Positions 52,708-63,393 are shown, counted from the stretch's first letter. The stretch is DNA of 64,000 bases from Nitrospira sp. (GCA_041743145.1 JBGTNJ010000032.1:4692-68691); one strand, 5' to 3'. Made by a program: numbers and translations. The notes: generated by a model not told the origin, from the sequence alone.

Positions 52708-54132
52708 TCACGGCGGATCATTCACAGTCGCAATGCGGAGGAAGTCGGCTTGTCCCGGGGGAGAGTATGGTGCCCCGGCCACGATCACTACCTTATTTCC
52801 CACCATCACAATCCCTTTTTTGAAAGCCAGGTCCATTGCCGCCTTTATCATGGCATCAATCGATGTGAATTCTTCTAACAGGAATGGTTGGACACCCCAG
52901 ACCAGCATGAGCGGCCGCACGGTTTGGGGCTCAGGGGTGACAGCAACAATCGGCTGGGCCGGCCGGTATTTCGCAACCAGCCGAGCCGTCTGGCCTGTCC
53001 GAGTGCAGCAGATAATGGCTGCTGCTTTAGCCTGATGGGCCACGAGACTTGCGGCGTGGGCAATAGATTCAGAGGCGGAAACGCGGTCAGTAGGACAAAG
53101 GGATACGAAGGGTCGCCGGGCAAAAAGTCGGTCCTCCGCTACCTCAGCAGTATCTGCCAGAACCTTGACTGCCTCGACGGGATAAGCGCCTACGGCGCTT
53201 TCCTCGGAAAGCATTAAAGCATCGGAACCATCGAGCACTGCGTTAGCAATATCGGAGACTTCCGCGCGGCTGGGTCGAGGGTTTTCGACCATCGAGCGAA
53301 GCATCTGCGTGGCTGTCACCACGGGTTTGGCGGCCTGGTTCGCTTTGGAAATCAGTTCCTTCTGGATGTGAGGCACCTGAGTGATCGGAACTTCAATACC
53401 GAGATCACCGCGGGCAACCATGATGGAATCAGCCACAGCAAGAATTTCGGCTATTATGTCCAACGACTCGAGGTTCTCGATTTTGGCCATTACGGGAAGG
53501 TTTGCTTGGCGGGCTGCAAGGAAGCTTCGGGCAGACTTAATATCAGCCGGAGAGCGGACAAAGGAAAGTGCAACCACATCCACACCTGCTTCAAGGCCGG
53601 ACAGAAGAAGTCTCTGGTCGCGCTCTGTGAAAGCGGACAAGCTTGAGCTTCCCCCTACCGCGTTGACGCCTTTATGATTCGTCAGGACTCCACCGAGAAC
53701 GACTCGGCACACGATCTCCCGTGGGACAACTGATTCGACCGCGAACTCCACTGTTCCGTCGGCAAGTAGAATGCTTTGACCTGGCCTCACTTCGTCAGGA
53801 AGTTTGGCATAGCTGACCGATGCGGATTCATGATCCCCGGTAATTTTATCGGTTGTGAGGCGGAAACGATCTCCGGCCTGAAGCTCGACCGAGCCATCTT
53901 TGAACACGCCAAGCCGGATCTTGGGACCGGGTAGATCTTGAAGGATGGCAACAGCTTTTCCGGTCTCCTCCTCGACGACCCGGATGCGGCGAATGATGGA
54001 CTGGTGTTCGCTTACCGTCCCGTGAGAGAAGTTGAGCCGAAAGACATCCGTGCCGGCCTCCACCAATTTGCGAAGCATCTCGGCCGATTCGGTAGCAGGA
54101 CCAACGGTGCAAATGATCTTTGTGCGACGCAT
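52708..54132 (-). CDS. pyk: Pyruvate kinase
   Basis: RRTKIICTVGP, RLNFSHG, DLPGPKIR, AKIE, MVARGDLG.E, TATQML.SM, DGSDALMLS.ES. Confidence 0.96.
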   Translation of the reverse strand: MRRTKIICTVGPATESAEMLRKLVEAGTDVFRLNFSHGTVSEHQSIIRRIRVVEEETGKAVAILQDLPGPKIRLGVFKDGSVELQAGDRFRLTTDKITGDHESASVSYAKLPDEVRPGQSILLADGTVEFAVESVVPREIVCRVVLGGVLTNHKGVNAVGGSSSLSAFTERDQRLLLSGLEAGVDVVALSFVRSPADIKSARSFLAARQANLPVMAKIENLESLDIIAEILAVADSIMVARGDLGIEVPITQVPHIQKELISKANQAAKPVVTATQMLRSMVENPRPSRAEVSDIANAVLDGSDALMLSEESAVGAYPVEAVKVLADTAEVAEDRLFARRPFVSLCPTDRVSASESIAHAASLVAHQAKAAAIICCTRTGQTARLVAKYRPAQPIVAVTPEPQTVRPLMLVWGVQPFLLEEFTSIDAMIKAAMDLAFKKGIVMVGNKVVIVAGAPYSPPGQADFLRIATVNDPP

Positions 54133-54168
54133 GATTGCTCTCCAGACGGTGTTCGTCACGATAAGTCT

Positions 54169-55038
54169 TCACTTCAATAGCCTCTTGCGGATCGATTGCA
54201 ATTCCCGCCGGCGTTTCGCACCGGGCTTCGGGTAAGCCATTTTCAGCCCGTTGAATACGTCGAGGATGATCTCGGAAATGATCAGCCGGGCGTTCTTTTT
54301 ATCGTCGGCGGGGACGACATACCAGGGCGCATCCTTTGTGCTCGTTGCGCTCACACACGCCTCATACGCCTGCATGTAATACTTCCACAATTTTCTCTCT
54401 TCAATGTCGGCAATACTAAGTTTCCAGTTCTTGTCCGGGTTATCGATGCGCTTGAGAAAGCGCTTTCGTTGTTCGTCCTTCGACTGGTGCAGGAAGAACT
54501 TGATGATCCGCGTGCCGTTGCGGTGGAGGTGCGCCTCCAGGTCCACGATGGAACGATACCGCTCCTGCCATATGGCCTTTTCGTCGAGCAACTTATCCGG
54601 CAGCCCCTGGCCGCGCAGGATCTCCGGATGCACCCGAACGATCAGCACCTCCTCGTAGTAGGAACGATTGAAGATCCCGATCCGCCCGCGCTCCGGCAGA
54701 CGCTTGGTCGTGCGCCACAGAAAATCGTGCTCCAGCTCCTCGGCGCTCGGCTGTTTGAAACTGAAAACCTGGCAGCCTTGGGGATTGACCCCGGACATGA
54801 CCTGCCGGATAACGCCGTCTTTGCCGGCGGCGTCCATGCCCTGAAAAATCAGCAGTATCGCATAACCGTTTGACGCATAGTGCAGACGTTGCAGCGCGCT
54901 CAACTCCTCCACCTGCTCTTCGAGGAGTTTGTGGTATTTCTTCTTCGACTTGTAAACCGGCTTCACGCGAGTCGGCCACTTTCTGAGATCGATCTTTTTC
55001 CCGGGTGGCACTCGGAAGTCTTTTCCGTTGATTTTCAT
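54169..55038 (-). CDS. ppk2: Polyphosphate kinase 2 family (probably class III, polyP:nucleotide phosphotransferase)
   Basis: [48 protein letters not shown]. Confidence 0.92.
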   Translation of the reverse strand: MKINGKDFRVPPGKKIDLRKWPTRVKPVYKSKKKYHKLLEEQVEELSALQRLHYASNGYAILLIFQGMDAAGKDGVIRQVMSGVNPQGCQVFSFKQPSAEELEHDFLWRTTKRLPERGRIGIFNRSYYEEVLIVRVHPEILRGQGLPDKLLDEKAIWQERYRSIVDLEAHLHRNGTRIIKFFLHQSKDEQRKRFLKRIDNPDKNWKLSIADIEERKLWKYYMQAYEACVSATSTKDAPWYVVPADDKKNARLIISEIILDVFNGLKMAYPKPGAKRRRELQSIRKRLLK

Positions 55039-55209
55039 TTTTCTATCCCTGTTGGTTATTTGTGCGTTGATCGATGAGCCGATTCGGCCTCAGCCGCTCC
55101 AACACCCCGTGCGGGTCGGTCGCTTGCCCTAAAGTGCAGACGATCTATGTCTGATGCCACGGCGGCGCGCGAACGCTTCAGCAAACCCAACCCACATCGC
55201 TGCCGGTTT

Positions 55210-55520
55210 TAACCGGTAGCTGGGATTGAACCTCGCTTTAAACCCATAGGACTCGGCCTTTTCCAGATGGACGTCATCAATGAAATACCAGGTCGCCGTC
55301 AAAACGATCTCCGGCGCGAATCACGATCGAAATAAGCCGCCGCTGCGTTCAACTTCCACGGGGTAAGAGGCAAGTGCAAGGCCTGTGGCGGCGATGCTGG
55401 CCGGCCAGTCGCTCCTGGTTTTATCGGCCACCAATCCATTGGCCGGGTTGGTCTCCTTTAGGACGTAGGTGAACGTGGCTTTTGGGATCTTTCTAACAGT
55501 TCGTCGTCGTCATCGCCGTG
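55210..55520 (-). pseudogene. Remnant of a glucoamylase-family (DUF3131/Glycoamylase-like) gene with a large internal deletion
   Basis: The N-terminal ATFTYVLKETNPANGLVADKT..WPASIAATGLALASYPV.VER is joined almost directly to the C-terminal FAPEIVL..TWYFID...YGFKARFNPSY. Confidence 0.6.
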
Positions 55521-55762
55521 TCGTTGATGATTTTTACCAAGCGGCCGAACGCCTATTTGAACACTAAAACCAACGCAGCCATGTCCGTCTAAACTCGTCC
55601 ATCCGCCGTTGGGATTCTTTCATGGTTAGGCTTTTATCTTGGCGATTATAGTCACTGTCTTTTAATTTTGATTTTCCCGCTGTGACGTGTAATCGAAAAG
55701 TCTTGTTCCCGTTCCTCAACAGATTGGTCAGTTTTTGGCTTCGGGTACATAAGATCCTCTTG

Positions 55763-57718
55763 TTAGCCTTTGGCAATCCGGACAAACGGCGGGATCGGAC
55801 AATCCAGCGTTTCGGCGATGGCGCGGAGCAATTCGGCTTGACGTTCCTGGATCACGCCGTCCGCGCCGACGACCTGTACGCAGGCTTCGAGTACATGCTT
55901 TTTGATTTGCGGCGCGGCCAACGCGAGGCGATCGAGCGCGGTATCCAGTTGTTCCAGCCCAGATTCTGTGCGCGGCAGGAGCTTGATCCCGTCGGCCTGG
56001 GCCCGCAGATAGGGCACGCCCTTGCGGAATGCCTTTTCGACTTCGTCGGCCTCGCTGCTGCTGACGTGCGCCAGTGCCGAAAGCACGACGCTGCAATCCC
56101 GCACGTGCGGTTTGAGCCAGTGGTATTGAATCGAGGTCGGCCGGGTTTCGCCTGACTGCGACGCGAGGTGGCGGCGGACGATTTTCTGCAGGACGAATTC
56201 AAAGATGTCGATCTGCCCGTCGCTCTCTATCAGCCCTTGCAACGCGCGGCTGAATTCCTTGAACTCGTCGGGCCGAAGGTGACCCAGCGCGGGCAAGGCG
56301 AGGTTCACGAGCGGCAGCCGCGCGCGCGCGGCGATAGGCGCGACTTCAGGCCAGAGCGCGGCGGTTTTTTCGCCAACCCCCGGCGCGGCTCGCTCGGCGA
56401 GCTCCGTGAGTTCCTTCGCGCGCAAGGCGCCGTCCGGGCTGAGGAGCATCGCGTAAACAAGCGCGGTGGCATCGAGCGGCTCGTGAGCAGCGGACCGGAC
56501 CTTTTCCGAGAATGAATTCCGCAACTCCTCGGCGTAGCGCAAGTGCAGTGGCGTTGGCTGGCCCAGGTCAGGCAGCACGGCTCCCACTTGGACGACGTTG
56601 GCAGCGATACCGGCGGTGCCAGCCCGTGCGCCGGGCATCCCGGGAATCGGCGGAAACGAAAATTGTGACGACGGCGGTTTCGCTGGTTCGCGCGACGATT
56701 CTGCTTCAACTGTTTTGACGCCGCCCTGCTTGAATTTCCCATCCCAGCCTGGATCGATGGCGCGGATACGCTCGTCAAGCGGCGGGTGCGTGGCCAGCAA
56801 CCCGAGAAACGGTTTGCCCAGGCCGTTGCCGAAGAACATGTGACTGGCTTCCCCGGCGTGGGCGGATTCGACCTTCGAGCCGGCACCGCCGAGTTTTTGC
56901 AGCGCCCCGGAGAGCCCCGCGGGGTTGCGGGTGAATTGAACCGAAGAAGCATCGGCCAGAAATTCCCGTTGCCGGCTGAGCGCAGCCTGGATGAGCCGGC
57001 CAAAGAATACACCGATCGCGCCGATAACGATCAGGGCAAGCCCCAAGAACATCAGTGGATTCCTGTCCCGGCTGCGGCTGCGCGAGTAGAGCAGGACACG
57101 GCCAATCACCGCGAGACACAGGATGCCGAAGAGCACTCCTATGAGGCGCAGATTTAGACGCATGTCGCCATTGAGGATATGACTAAACTCGTGGCCGATG
57201 ACGCCTTGCAACTCATCACGGTTGAGCCATGTCATGCAATCGCGCGTGACGCCGATGGCGGCGTCGCCCGGGGAGTGGCCGGCGGCAAAGGCGTTGATCC
57301 CTTCTTCGTTGTCGAGCACATAAATCTTTGGCACGGGCACGCCGGAGGCGATAGCCATTTCCTCGATCACGTTCTGGAGTTTACGCTCATCGGGATGGGT
57401 CGTGTTGGGACTGACGAGCCGTCCACCGAGCAATTCGGCGACGGCACTACCGCCCTTGGCCAAAGCGGCGGTTTTGTAGAGGCTGCCAATGACGACGACA
57501 CTGAGCGTGCCGAGCACGACGTAGAGGAAAAGCTCGGGATCCCACAGGACGAGCGGGGGCGGCGGAACGCCAGGCTGCTGTTGGGAGTTGGCACCGTAGA
57601 AAATCAGCAGACTGGTGACATAAACCGAGGCAATGATGCACACGACGGCGATCGCGAAGTAAAACACCAGCAGCTTCGTGTTCTTCCTGGCTTTGTCCTG
57701 ATGTTCAAAAAAATCCAT
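55763..57718 (-). CDS. M48-family (HtpX-like) membrane metallopeptidase, long form
   Basis: MDFFEHQ, EEMAIASG.PVP, INAFAAG, HEFSH (HExxH), SRQREFLADA, ATHPPL..RI. Confidence 0.92.
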   Translation of the reverse strand: MDFFEHQDKARKNTKLLVFYFAIAVVCIIASVYVTSLLIFYGANSQQQPGVPPPPLVLWDPELFLYVVLGTLSVVVIGSLYKTAALAKGGSAVAELLGGRLVSPNTTHPDERKLQNVIEEMAIASGVPVPKIYVLDNEEGINAFAAGHSPGDAAIGVTRDCMTWLNRDELQGVIGHEFSHILNGDMRLNLRLIGVLFGILCLAVIGRVLLYSRSRSRDRNPLMFLGLALIVIGAIGVFFGRLIQAALSRQREFLADASSVQFTRNPAGLSGALQKLGGAGSKVESAHAGEASHMFFGNGLGKPFLGLLATHPPLDERIRAIDPGWDGKFKQGGVKTVEAESSREPAKPPSSQFSFPPIPGMPGARAGTAGIAANVVQVGAVLPDLGQPTPLHLRYAEELRNSFSEKVRSAAHEPLDATALVYAMLLSPDGALRAKELTELAERAAPGVGEKTAALWPEVAPIAARARLPLVNLALPALGHLRPDEFKEFSRALQGLIESDGQIDIFEFVLQKIVRRHLASQSGETRPTSIQYHWLKPHVRDCSVVLSALAHVSSSEADEVEKAFRKGVPYLRAQADGIKLLPRTESGLEQLDTALDRLALAAPQIKKHVLEACVQVVGADGVIQERQAELLRAIAETLDCPIPPFVRIAKG

Positions 57719-57733
57719 GCGTCACATCCCTCT

Positions 57734-58336
57734 TCAAGAGAACGACACCTTCGTCGCCTCGCGTTGCTCCGGATTCTCGATGGCGAACAGCTCGGCGGCG
57801 GTGAAGTCAAACGTGCCGGCAATGATGCTGCTGGGAAAAACTTCCCGCTGCGTGTTGTAAGCCATCACCGAGTCGTTATACGCCTGCCGGGAGAATGAGA
57901 CTTTGTTCTCCGTCGAGGTCAGTTCTTCCATCAGGCTCAGCATGGTCGTGTTCGCTTTGAGGTCAGGATACGCCTCGGAGAGCGCGAACAGGCGGCCGAG
58001 GGTACCGGCGAGCGCGCCTTCGGCGCTGGCGAGTTGCTTCATCGCGGCGGGGTCACCGGGATTGGCGGCGGCGCCTGTATTGGCGGACGCCGCGGCATTG
58101 CGCGCCGCGATGACGGCTTCGAGCGTGCCGCGTTCGTGTTTGAGGTAGCCCTTGGTGGTCTCGACTAGATTCGGAATCAGGTCGTAGCGCCGCTTGAGCT
58201 GCACGTCAATTTGCGCGTAGGCGTTTTTGAACCGGTTGCGCAGCGCGACGAGTTTGTTGTAGAGGCCGACAACGAACATCGCGGCGACCAAGACTAGCGC
58301 AGCCAGCACGATGATGACGATCAGGAGGGAATTCAT
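57734..58336 (-). CDS. lemA: LemA family protein
   Basis: YN.LV..RN, IDVQLKRRYDLIPNLV, EAYPDLKAN, L..TEN.....RQAYN, FPS. Confidence 0.95.
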   Translation of the reverse strand: MNSLLIVIIVLAALVLVAAMFVVGLYNKLVALRNRFKNAYAQIDVQLKRRYDLIPNLVETTKGYLKHERGTLEAVIAARNAAASANTGAAANPGDPAAMKQLASAEGALAGTLGRLFALSEAYPDLKANTTMLSLMEELTSTENKVSFSRQAYNDSVMAYNTQREVFPSSIIAGTFDFTAAELFAIENPEQREATKVSFS

Positions 58337-58439
58337 AGCCGTCTAGCTCCTTTGCCGATTTCAAAAGGTTGATGGACCGGTGTCAGCAGACTTCACCCCG
58401 TGCTTGTCGGCGTTCGATTTCATGGACCAACCTCCATTG

Positions 58440-61400
58440 TCAGGAGACTTCCGAAGAAGCCGGGGGTTCTTTGAACGATAACTGAAACTCGCGAGTCGTG
58501 CCACTGACGAATTCGCAGACCTTGCCGTCGACGCACAAGGAAATCGGCGCCGCCACGCCATCACGCCCGCGGACCCTGAGCGCGTCATGCGTCAGCCGCA
58601 GGTCGAGCGAATGCCCGCGATAGCGGATACGCAGGTCGAGGCGTTTCATTTCCTGCGGCAATTCCGGGTTGAGCCACAGCCTATCACCCCTGGCTTCGAT
58701 GCCGGTTGATACGCGTTGTACCAGATCCACCGTACCCGCCATGGCCCCGAGGTGCACGCCCTCCGCCGTGGTGCCTTGCTGAATATCGCTGAGGTCGCTT
58801 TGCAGCGCTTGCGCGAAAAACTCCATCGCGCGCGGGCGGTCGGACCGCGCCAGCACCCAGGCATGGACCACGCGGGACAAGGTGGAGCCATGGGACGAGT
58901 GCCCGATATAATAATCTACATTGCGCGGGATGGTCTCATATTCGAACGGATAGTTCAGCCGTTCGAACAGCTCCCGCAATTCCTCGGAGGAAAACAGATA
59001 AAACAACATCAAGACATCGGCCTGTTTCGACACCTTGTAGCGGTTGGCATTGTCGCCCTCCGCCTCGAGGATGAGATCGAGACGCTGGATGTTGTCGTAG
59101 CGGGTCCGGTAGACCTCCCAATCGAGCTCGCACAATTGTTCATAGCCCTCGAACTGGCTGATGATCCCGTTGTCATGAAACGGGACATACATCCTGCGAC
59201 TGATGTCGTCCCAGCGCGCGATTTCCTCCGCCGACAGGTCAAGCTGCGCCGTGAGCTCGGCGCGCCGCATCTCGGAAAGCCGTTCGAGCACATCCAGCGC
59301 GCGGCACAGCACCCACACGGCCATGATGTTGGTATAGGCATTGTTGTCGAGGCCGGGCGTCGCCGCGTCCGGATAGCCGTCGTGGAATTCGTCCGGCCCC
59401 ATCACGCCGTGGATCTCGTACCGTCCGCGCTCGTCATTGAAATGCGCAAGGCTCGACCAGAAGCGGGCGATCTCGAGAATCAGCTCGGCGCCGTAACAGT
59501 GTAGGAACTCCACGTCGCGGGTGATTTGGAAGTACTGCCAGACGTTAAAGGCCACGGCGCTGCCGACGTGGCGCTGCAAGTAGGAATTGTCCCGTACCCA
59601 GCGCTGCGAACGTGGGTTCAGGTTGAATTCCTGGGTTTCCTCCTGTCCGTCGCTGCCGCTCTGCCAGGGGAACATCGCCCCCTGGTATCCGGCGCTGCGG
59701 GCGGCGGCACGTGCCTCGCCCAGGCGCCGGTAGCGGTACATCAGCAGCGATCGGGTGATTTCGGGCATGCGATAGTTGAAAAACGGGAAGATGAACAGTT
59801 CATCCCAGAATATATGGCCCTGATACGCCTCCCCGGTCCAGCCGCGCGCGGGCACGCCGATATCGAGCCCGATGGAGTTGGGTGAGACGGCCTGCATCAG
59901 GTGAAACATGTTCAAGCGAAGCAGCATCGAGACGTTCATCTTGAACCCGGGATCGGCCGGCAGGATATGGACGTCGAAGTGCCGCCACAAGTGCTTCCAG
60001 GCCAGCACATGATCCGCCAGTACTGCGTCGAAGCGGCCGGCGCGCGCCACGGCCTTGCGCGCCTCCAGACCGCATTCAGAGATGGCAGGATCGCGCGACG
60101 TGTAAAACGAGGCCAGCTTCTCCAGCACTAGCGTCGCGCCTGGCTTGAGGTCGACCCTCAGTTCCTGCCCGATATACCCCGGTTCCTCGATGACCCGGCG
60201 CCGCACATCGACAAGCTGTCCGTCAAGGAATGCCCGTGTTCGCGCTGCCTGCGCGACATGAATATTTGACTGACAGGTGCGCACGAGCAGGTATACGCCG
60301 TCCTCGCCGACGACCCCGCTGGCCCCTGGCTCCAGGTGTGTGTTGCTGAATTGTCGATACAGCTTTGCGCCCGCGTTGACGATGCGACCGTCAATGGCCG
60401 AACGCACCGTGACGCCAGCGGACCAGTTGTCGGCAGTCAGCGACACTTCCAGCGCGCTCAGATGCATGTCGGCCATCGACACCAGACGTCGCTCCTGCAC
60501 GGTGCTACGACGCCCTCGGCCGTCTTCGAAACAGATCTGCCGCAACAGCATGCCGTGCCGCAAGTCGAGCTCCTGGCGGTAAGAGCGGATCGTGACCACT
60601 CTGGCGTCGAACCAGTCCTCGTCGGCGATGCGCAAGCCGAGCGCGAGCCAGTTGGGGAGATTGACCAGATCCTCGTTCTCAACCACCCGGCCGGCGATGT
60701 CGGTCCGCAACCGGTTGTAGCCGCAGCCAAGGTAGGTCCCCGGATAGTGAATGTCATCCGCCACCGCTCCGGCCGCCGATCCACGGGTGGCAAAATAGCC
60801 ATTTCCCAGCGTGCACAGTGCTTCACGGATTCCCTCGTGCGGAGGATCGAAGTCCTCGAATGCCGTCGACCACATGGTCGACGGCTCCTCGGCAACCTGG
60901 ACCTGGCCCATATCGGTGACTACGATGTCGGCGCCAGCCTCGCGCAACGCCTGCCAGCGCCCGCTGTGATCGACGCCGATAACGCAGCCGAATCGACCGG
61001 CGCGTCCGGCCTCAACGCCGGCAAGCGCGTCCTCCACGACGACAGCCCGCTCCGGTTCCACACCGAGGCGCCGTGCCGCCTCCAGGAACGCGTCCGGTGC
61101 CGGCTTGCCCCTGAGATCGAGACGGGTGACGTCCGTCCCGTCCACTCGCGTATCGAACAGCTGCGCAATACCCGCTGCCTCGAGGACCGCCGCGCAGTTG
61201 TTGCTGGAAGACACGACGGCGGTCTTGATCTCCTGCGCCCGGAGTTTGCGCACCAGCCCGAGCGCTGCTTCATAATACTCGACGCCGTGCTGCTCCAACT
61301 GTTGCGTGAAATATTGGTCCTTCAGGCTGCCGAGACCGTGTACGGTTGGCGTGCCGGGACCGTCTTCGGGTGTGCCAAAAGGCACTTCAATGCCGCGCGA

Positions 61401-61640
61401 CTCGAGGAACGCTGCCACACCGTCGTACCGCGCCTTGCCGTCGACGTAGCACAGGTAGTCGGTGTCGAGATCAAAGGGGACGAACGGCTCGCCTGCTTGG
61501 GTGGCGCGCTGATCGAGAAAGCTGTCAAACAGCTTTTTCCAGGCCGAGGCATGTACGCTCGCCGTCCTGGTCAGCACGCCGTCTAGGTCGAACAATACGG
61601 CGTCGTAGTCCCGCGGGGATAGTGTGATGATGGCTATCAT
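58440..61640 (-). CDS. Fusion of a beta-phosphoglucomutase-like HAD domain and a GH65 glycoside phosphorylase/hydrolase
   Basis: HAD: FDLDGVLT, SSS.N, GKPAPD.F, VVEDA..GV.AG. GH65: GNGYFATRG, GEAYQGHIFWDE, MFPWQSG, VMGPDEFH, KQADV, HGSTLS, EGVHLGAM. Confidence 0.92.
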   Translation of the reverse strand: MIAIITLSPRDYDAVLFDLDGVLTRTASVHASAWKKLFDSFLDQRATQAGEPFVPFDLDTDYLCYVDGKARYDGVAAFLESRGIEVPFGTPEDGPGTPTVHGLGSLKDQYFTQQLEQHGVEYYEAALGLVRKLRAQEIKTAVVSSSNNCAAVLEAAGIAQLFDTRVDGTDVTRLDLRGKPAPDAFLEAARRLGVEPERAVVVEDALAGVEAGRAGRFGCVIGVDHSGRWQALREAGADIVVTDMGQVQVAEEPSTMWSTAFEDFDPPHEGIREALCTLGNGYFATRGSAAGAVADDIHYPGTYLGCGYNRLRTDIAGRVVENEDLVNLPNWLALGLRIADEDWFDARVVTIRSYRQELDLRHGMLLRQICFEDGRGRRSTVQERRLVSMADMHLSALEVSLTADNWSAGVTVRSAIDGRIVNAGAKLYRQFSNTHLEPGASGVVGEDGVYLLVRTCQSNIHVAQAARTRAFLDGQLVDVRRRVIEEPGYIGQELRVDLKPGATLVLEKLASFYTSRDPAISECGLEARKAVARAGRFDAVLADHVLAWKHLWRHFDVHILPADPGFKMNVSMLLRLNMFHLMQAVSPNSIGLDIGVPARGWTGEAYQGHIFWDELFIFPFFNYRMPEITRSLLMYRYRRLGEARAAARSAGYQGAMFPWQSGSDGQEETQEFNLNPRSQRWVRDNSYLQRHVGSAVAFNVWQYFQITRDVEFLHCYGAELILEIARFWSSLAHFNDERGRYEIHGVMGPDEFHDGYPDAATPGLDNNAYTNIMAVWVLCRALDVLERLSEMRRAELTAQLDLSAEEIARWDDISRRMYVPFHDNGIISQFEGYEQLCELDWEVYRTRYDNIQRLDLILEAEGDNANRYKVSKQADVLMLFYLFSSEELRELFERLNYPFEYETIPRNVDYYIGHSSHGSTLSRVVHAWVLARSDRPRAMEFFAQALQSDLSDIQQGTTAEGVHLGAMAGTVDLVQRVSTGIEARGDRLWLNPELPQEMKRLDLRIRYRGHSLDLRLTHDALRVRGRDGVAAPISLCVDGKVCEFVSGTTREFQLSFKEPPASSEVS

Positions 61641-61906
61641 CCAGCCTCCTGTCTGCCACTCCCGGCGCGTGCTGCCGCATCCAGACCCCGGTCGGTCTGG
61701 GCGACGCCCCGTTGCAGGGCAAAAAGGGGGAAGGAGAGGGAAGTGGCGATGGCGCGCAAGAGTAGGCTCGAATCCGCCTCACCGGCACAACCACATTTCG
61801 TTGTCGCCCTGTCGACCTCCACCCATGACGCGCCTCCAACTGAAGAACTACAGGAGGAGTCCTGGACCGCCGGGTCGAGGATCGACGCGGCTTGATCTGC
61901 TCCCGC

Positions 61907-63001
61907 CTAAATCTGCGTGACCGCGTCTTCCGCTCCCTCCAACAACCGCTGCACTTCCTCCACATAGATCTCCGTCGTCGCATAATGCTGGTGCCGCATC
62001 ATCTTCTGCACCCGGGTCGGATTCGCATCATTGAGCAAGGCAAAGGTGGGCGTCGAATGCCGCAAACTATGCACCACAATCCCCGGCTTCTTCACCCCCG
62101 CTAAGAGCAGCCCTTCCGTAATGATCCGGTGAATCGCGCGGGTACTCAGCCGCTTCCCCGCTTCTGTGACCACATTCCCACCTCTGTCATAACACGCCGT
62201 CGTGGCAAACAGTGGATCACTCCCCTGCAATGGGCCCGTCCGGAGCGCGAGGTACGTCCGAATCTTCTCATAGACTTCCTTCAGTACCTGTACCGACTCA
62301 TCCGCCGACGCCCTCCCCTTTCCATGCACCCACAAGCGCCACTTTTCACCCGGCACCAATTCTTGTAAGTGTTCGATACGGGCCCGACTCACTTCAATCG
62401 TGCGGAGCCCGGTCTTCAGCATCAGATAGGCCATCGCGACGTTCCGGGCTCGTTGCACCTCGGTCTTCCGCGGATCCGTCTCGAGGGCGGCGAGCAACAC
62501 TTTCGCATCCTCGACCGGCAGATGCCGCCGCGTATGCTGCCGACTACAGGTCCAGCCCTGGACGAAGTCGGCGGGGTTCACCAAGCCGGGATGCAGCGGC
62601 ACGAGCCACTTCAGAAATTGGCGGACGGCCGTCAGATAGCCATTTTTGGTGCGGAGGTTCGAAAAGCGTTGATCGAGAAAGGCGCGAAAGGCCTTGAGAC
62701 AGGCCCGATCGAGGCGACGCAGCTGGGGGTCCCTCCCCTGCTCGAGCCAGGCGATGAAGAACCGTCCTCGCTTGAAATAGGTCCGGGCGGTCGTCGACAT
62801 TAGCTTCTGCTGGGTGAGCTGCCGCGCAAACTCGTCGAGATAAACACGGAGACCAATGAGCGTCGAGGAGGAGAGCTGGAGACAGACCGGCGGTAGCTCC
62901 CCGCCCGTCCTTCGGAGCACCGTCGTCGGCAAGGGGACCAGCGCCGTGGAGGCCCTCTGATCAGGCGGCGCATGCTCAGAGGTCAGTGGTACGAGCTCCA
63001 T
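61907..63001 (-). CDS. Tyrosine recombinase / phage integrase family
   Basis: Complete catalytic set: TGLRTIE (R), HGKGR (K), HSLRH (HxxR), MMRH (H), TTEIY (Y). N-terminal SAM-like domain. ATG 63001 preferred over the track start 63268. Confidence 0.92.
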   Translation of the reverse strand: MELVPLTSEHAPPDQRASTALVPLPTTVLRRTGGELPPVCLQLSSSTLIGLRVYLDEFARQLTQQKLMSTTARTYFKRGRFFIAWLEQGRDPQLRRLDRACLKAFRAFLDQRFSNLRTKNGYLTAVRQFLKWLVPLHPGLVNPADFVQGWTCSRQHTRRHLPVEDAKVLLAALETDPRKTEVQRARNVAMAYLMLKTGLRTIEVSRARIEHLQELVPGEKWRLWVHGKGRASADESVQVLKEVYEKIRTYLALRTGPLQGSDPLFATTACYDRGGNVVTEAGKRLSTRAIHRIITEGLLLAGVKKPGIVVHSLRHSTPTFALLNDANPTRVQKMMRHQHYATTEIYVEEVQRLLEGAEDAVTQI

Positions 63002-63353
63002 CGTTCCGTCCCTTCCTTCTCGTTCCCTGCTCCATCCCGCTCTCTCTCTATAATAAATAATGGAGAGCGCGGTTCGACTTGGGGTCGCATCCTGCGTCTC
63101 ACCAGGCCCTCGTTCCATATCGGATCGAGGTGGACCGTGCAGAACGTGCGGGAGCCCCTGCGGGCGACCGAGCCTTCCGAGACACGTCGAGATACCAGGA
63201 GACGATTGCCTTCCGACCCGATTTCCTGGTCTTTCCCTTCCCCCCGCCCCCACCCTATCCCCTCCCATCTAAAAACACAAGGCCTCCGAGAAGGCGACCA
63301 TCCCGGATACCAATATGAATTGAGGCGTGTTGGATCGATCTGTATATAAGTAA

Positions 63354-63393
63354 TTGACATGATACGTATAGGTATGGTACGTGACCTATGCGT
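63354..63393 (+). promoter_or_regulatory. Candidate -35 box and operator-like inverted repeat upstream of the wHTH ORF
   Basis: TTGACA at 63354-63359. ACGTATAGGT (63364-63373) and ACCTATGCGT (63384-63393) form a 9/10 inverted repeat in an AT-rich patch. No clean -10 box. Confidence 0.4.

Noticed and set aside
61745-61795. tRNA-like fragment (GGCTCGAATCC...ACCA) as a possible integrase att site
   Set aside because: The T-loop is not GTTCRA and I could not build acceptor or anticodon stems on either strand.
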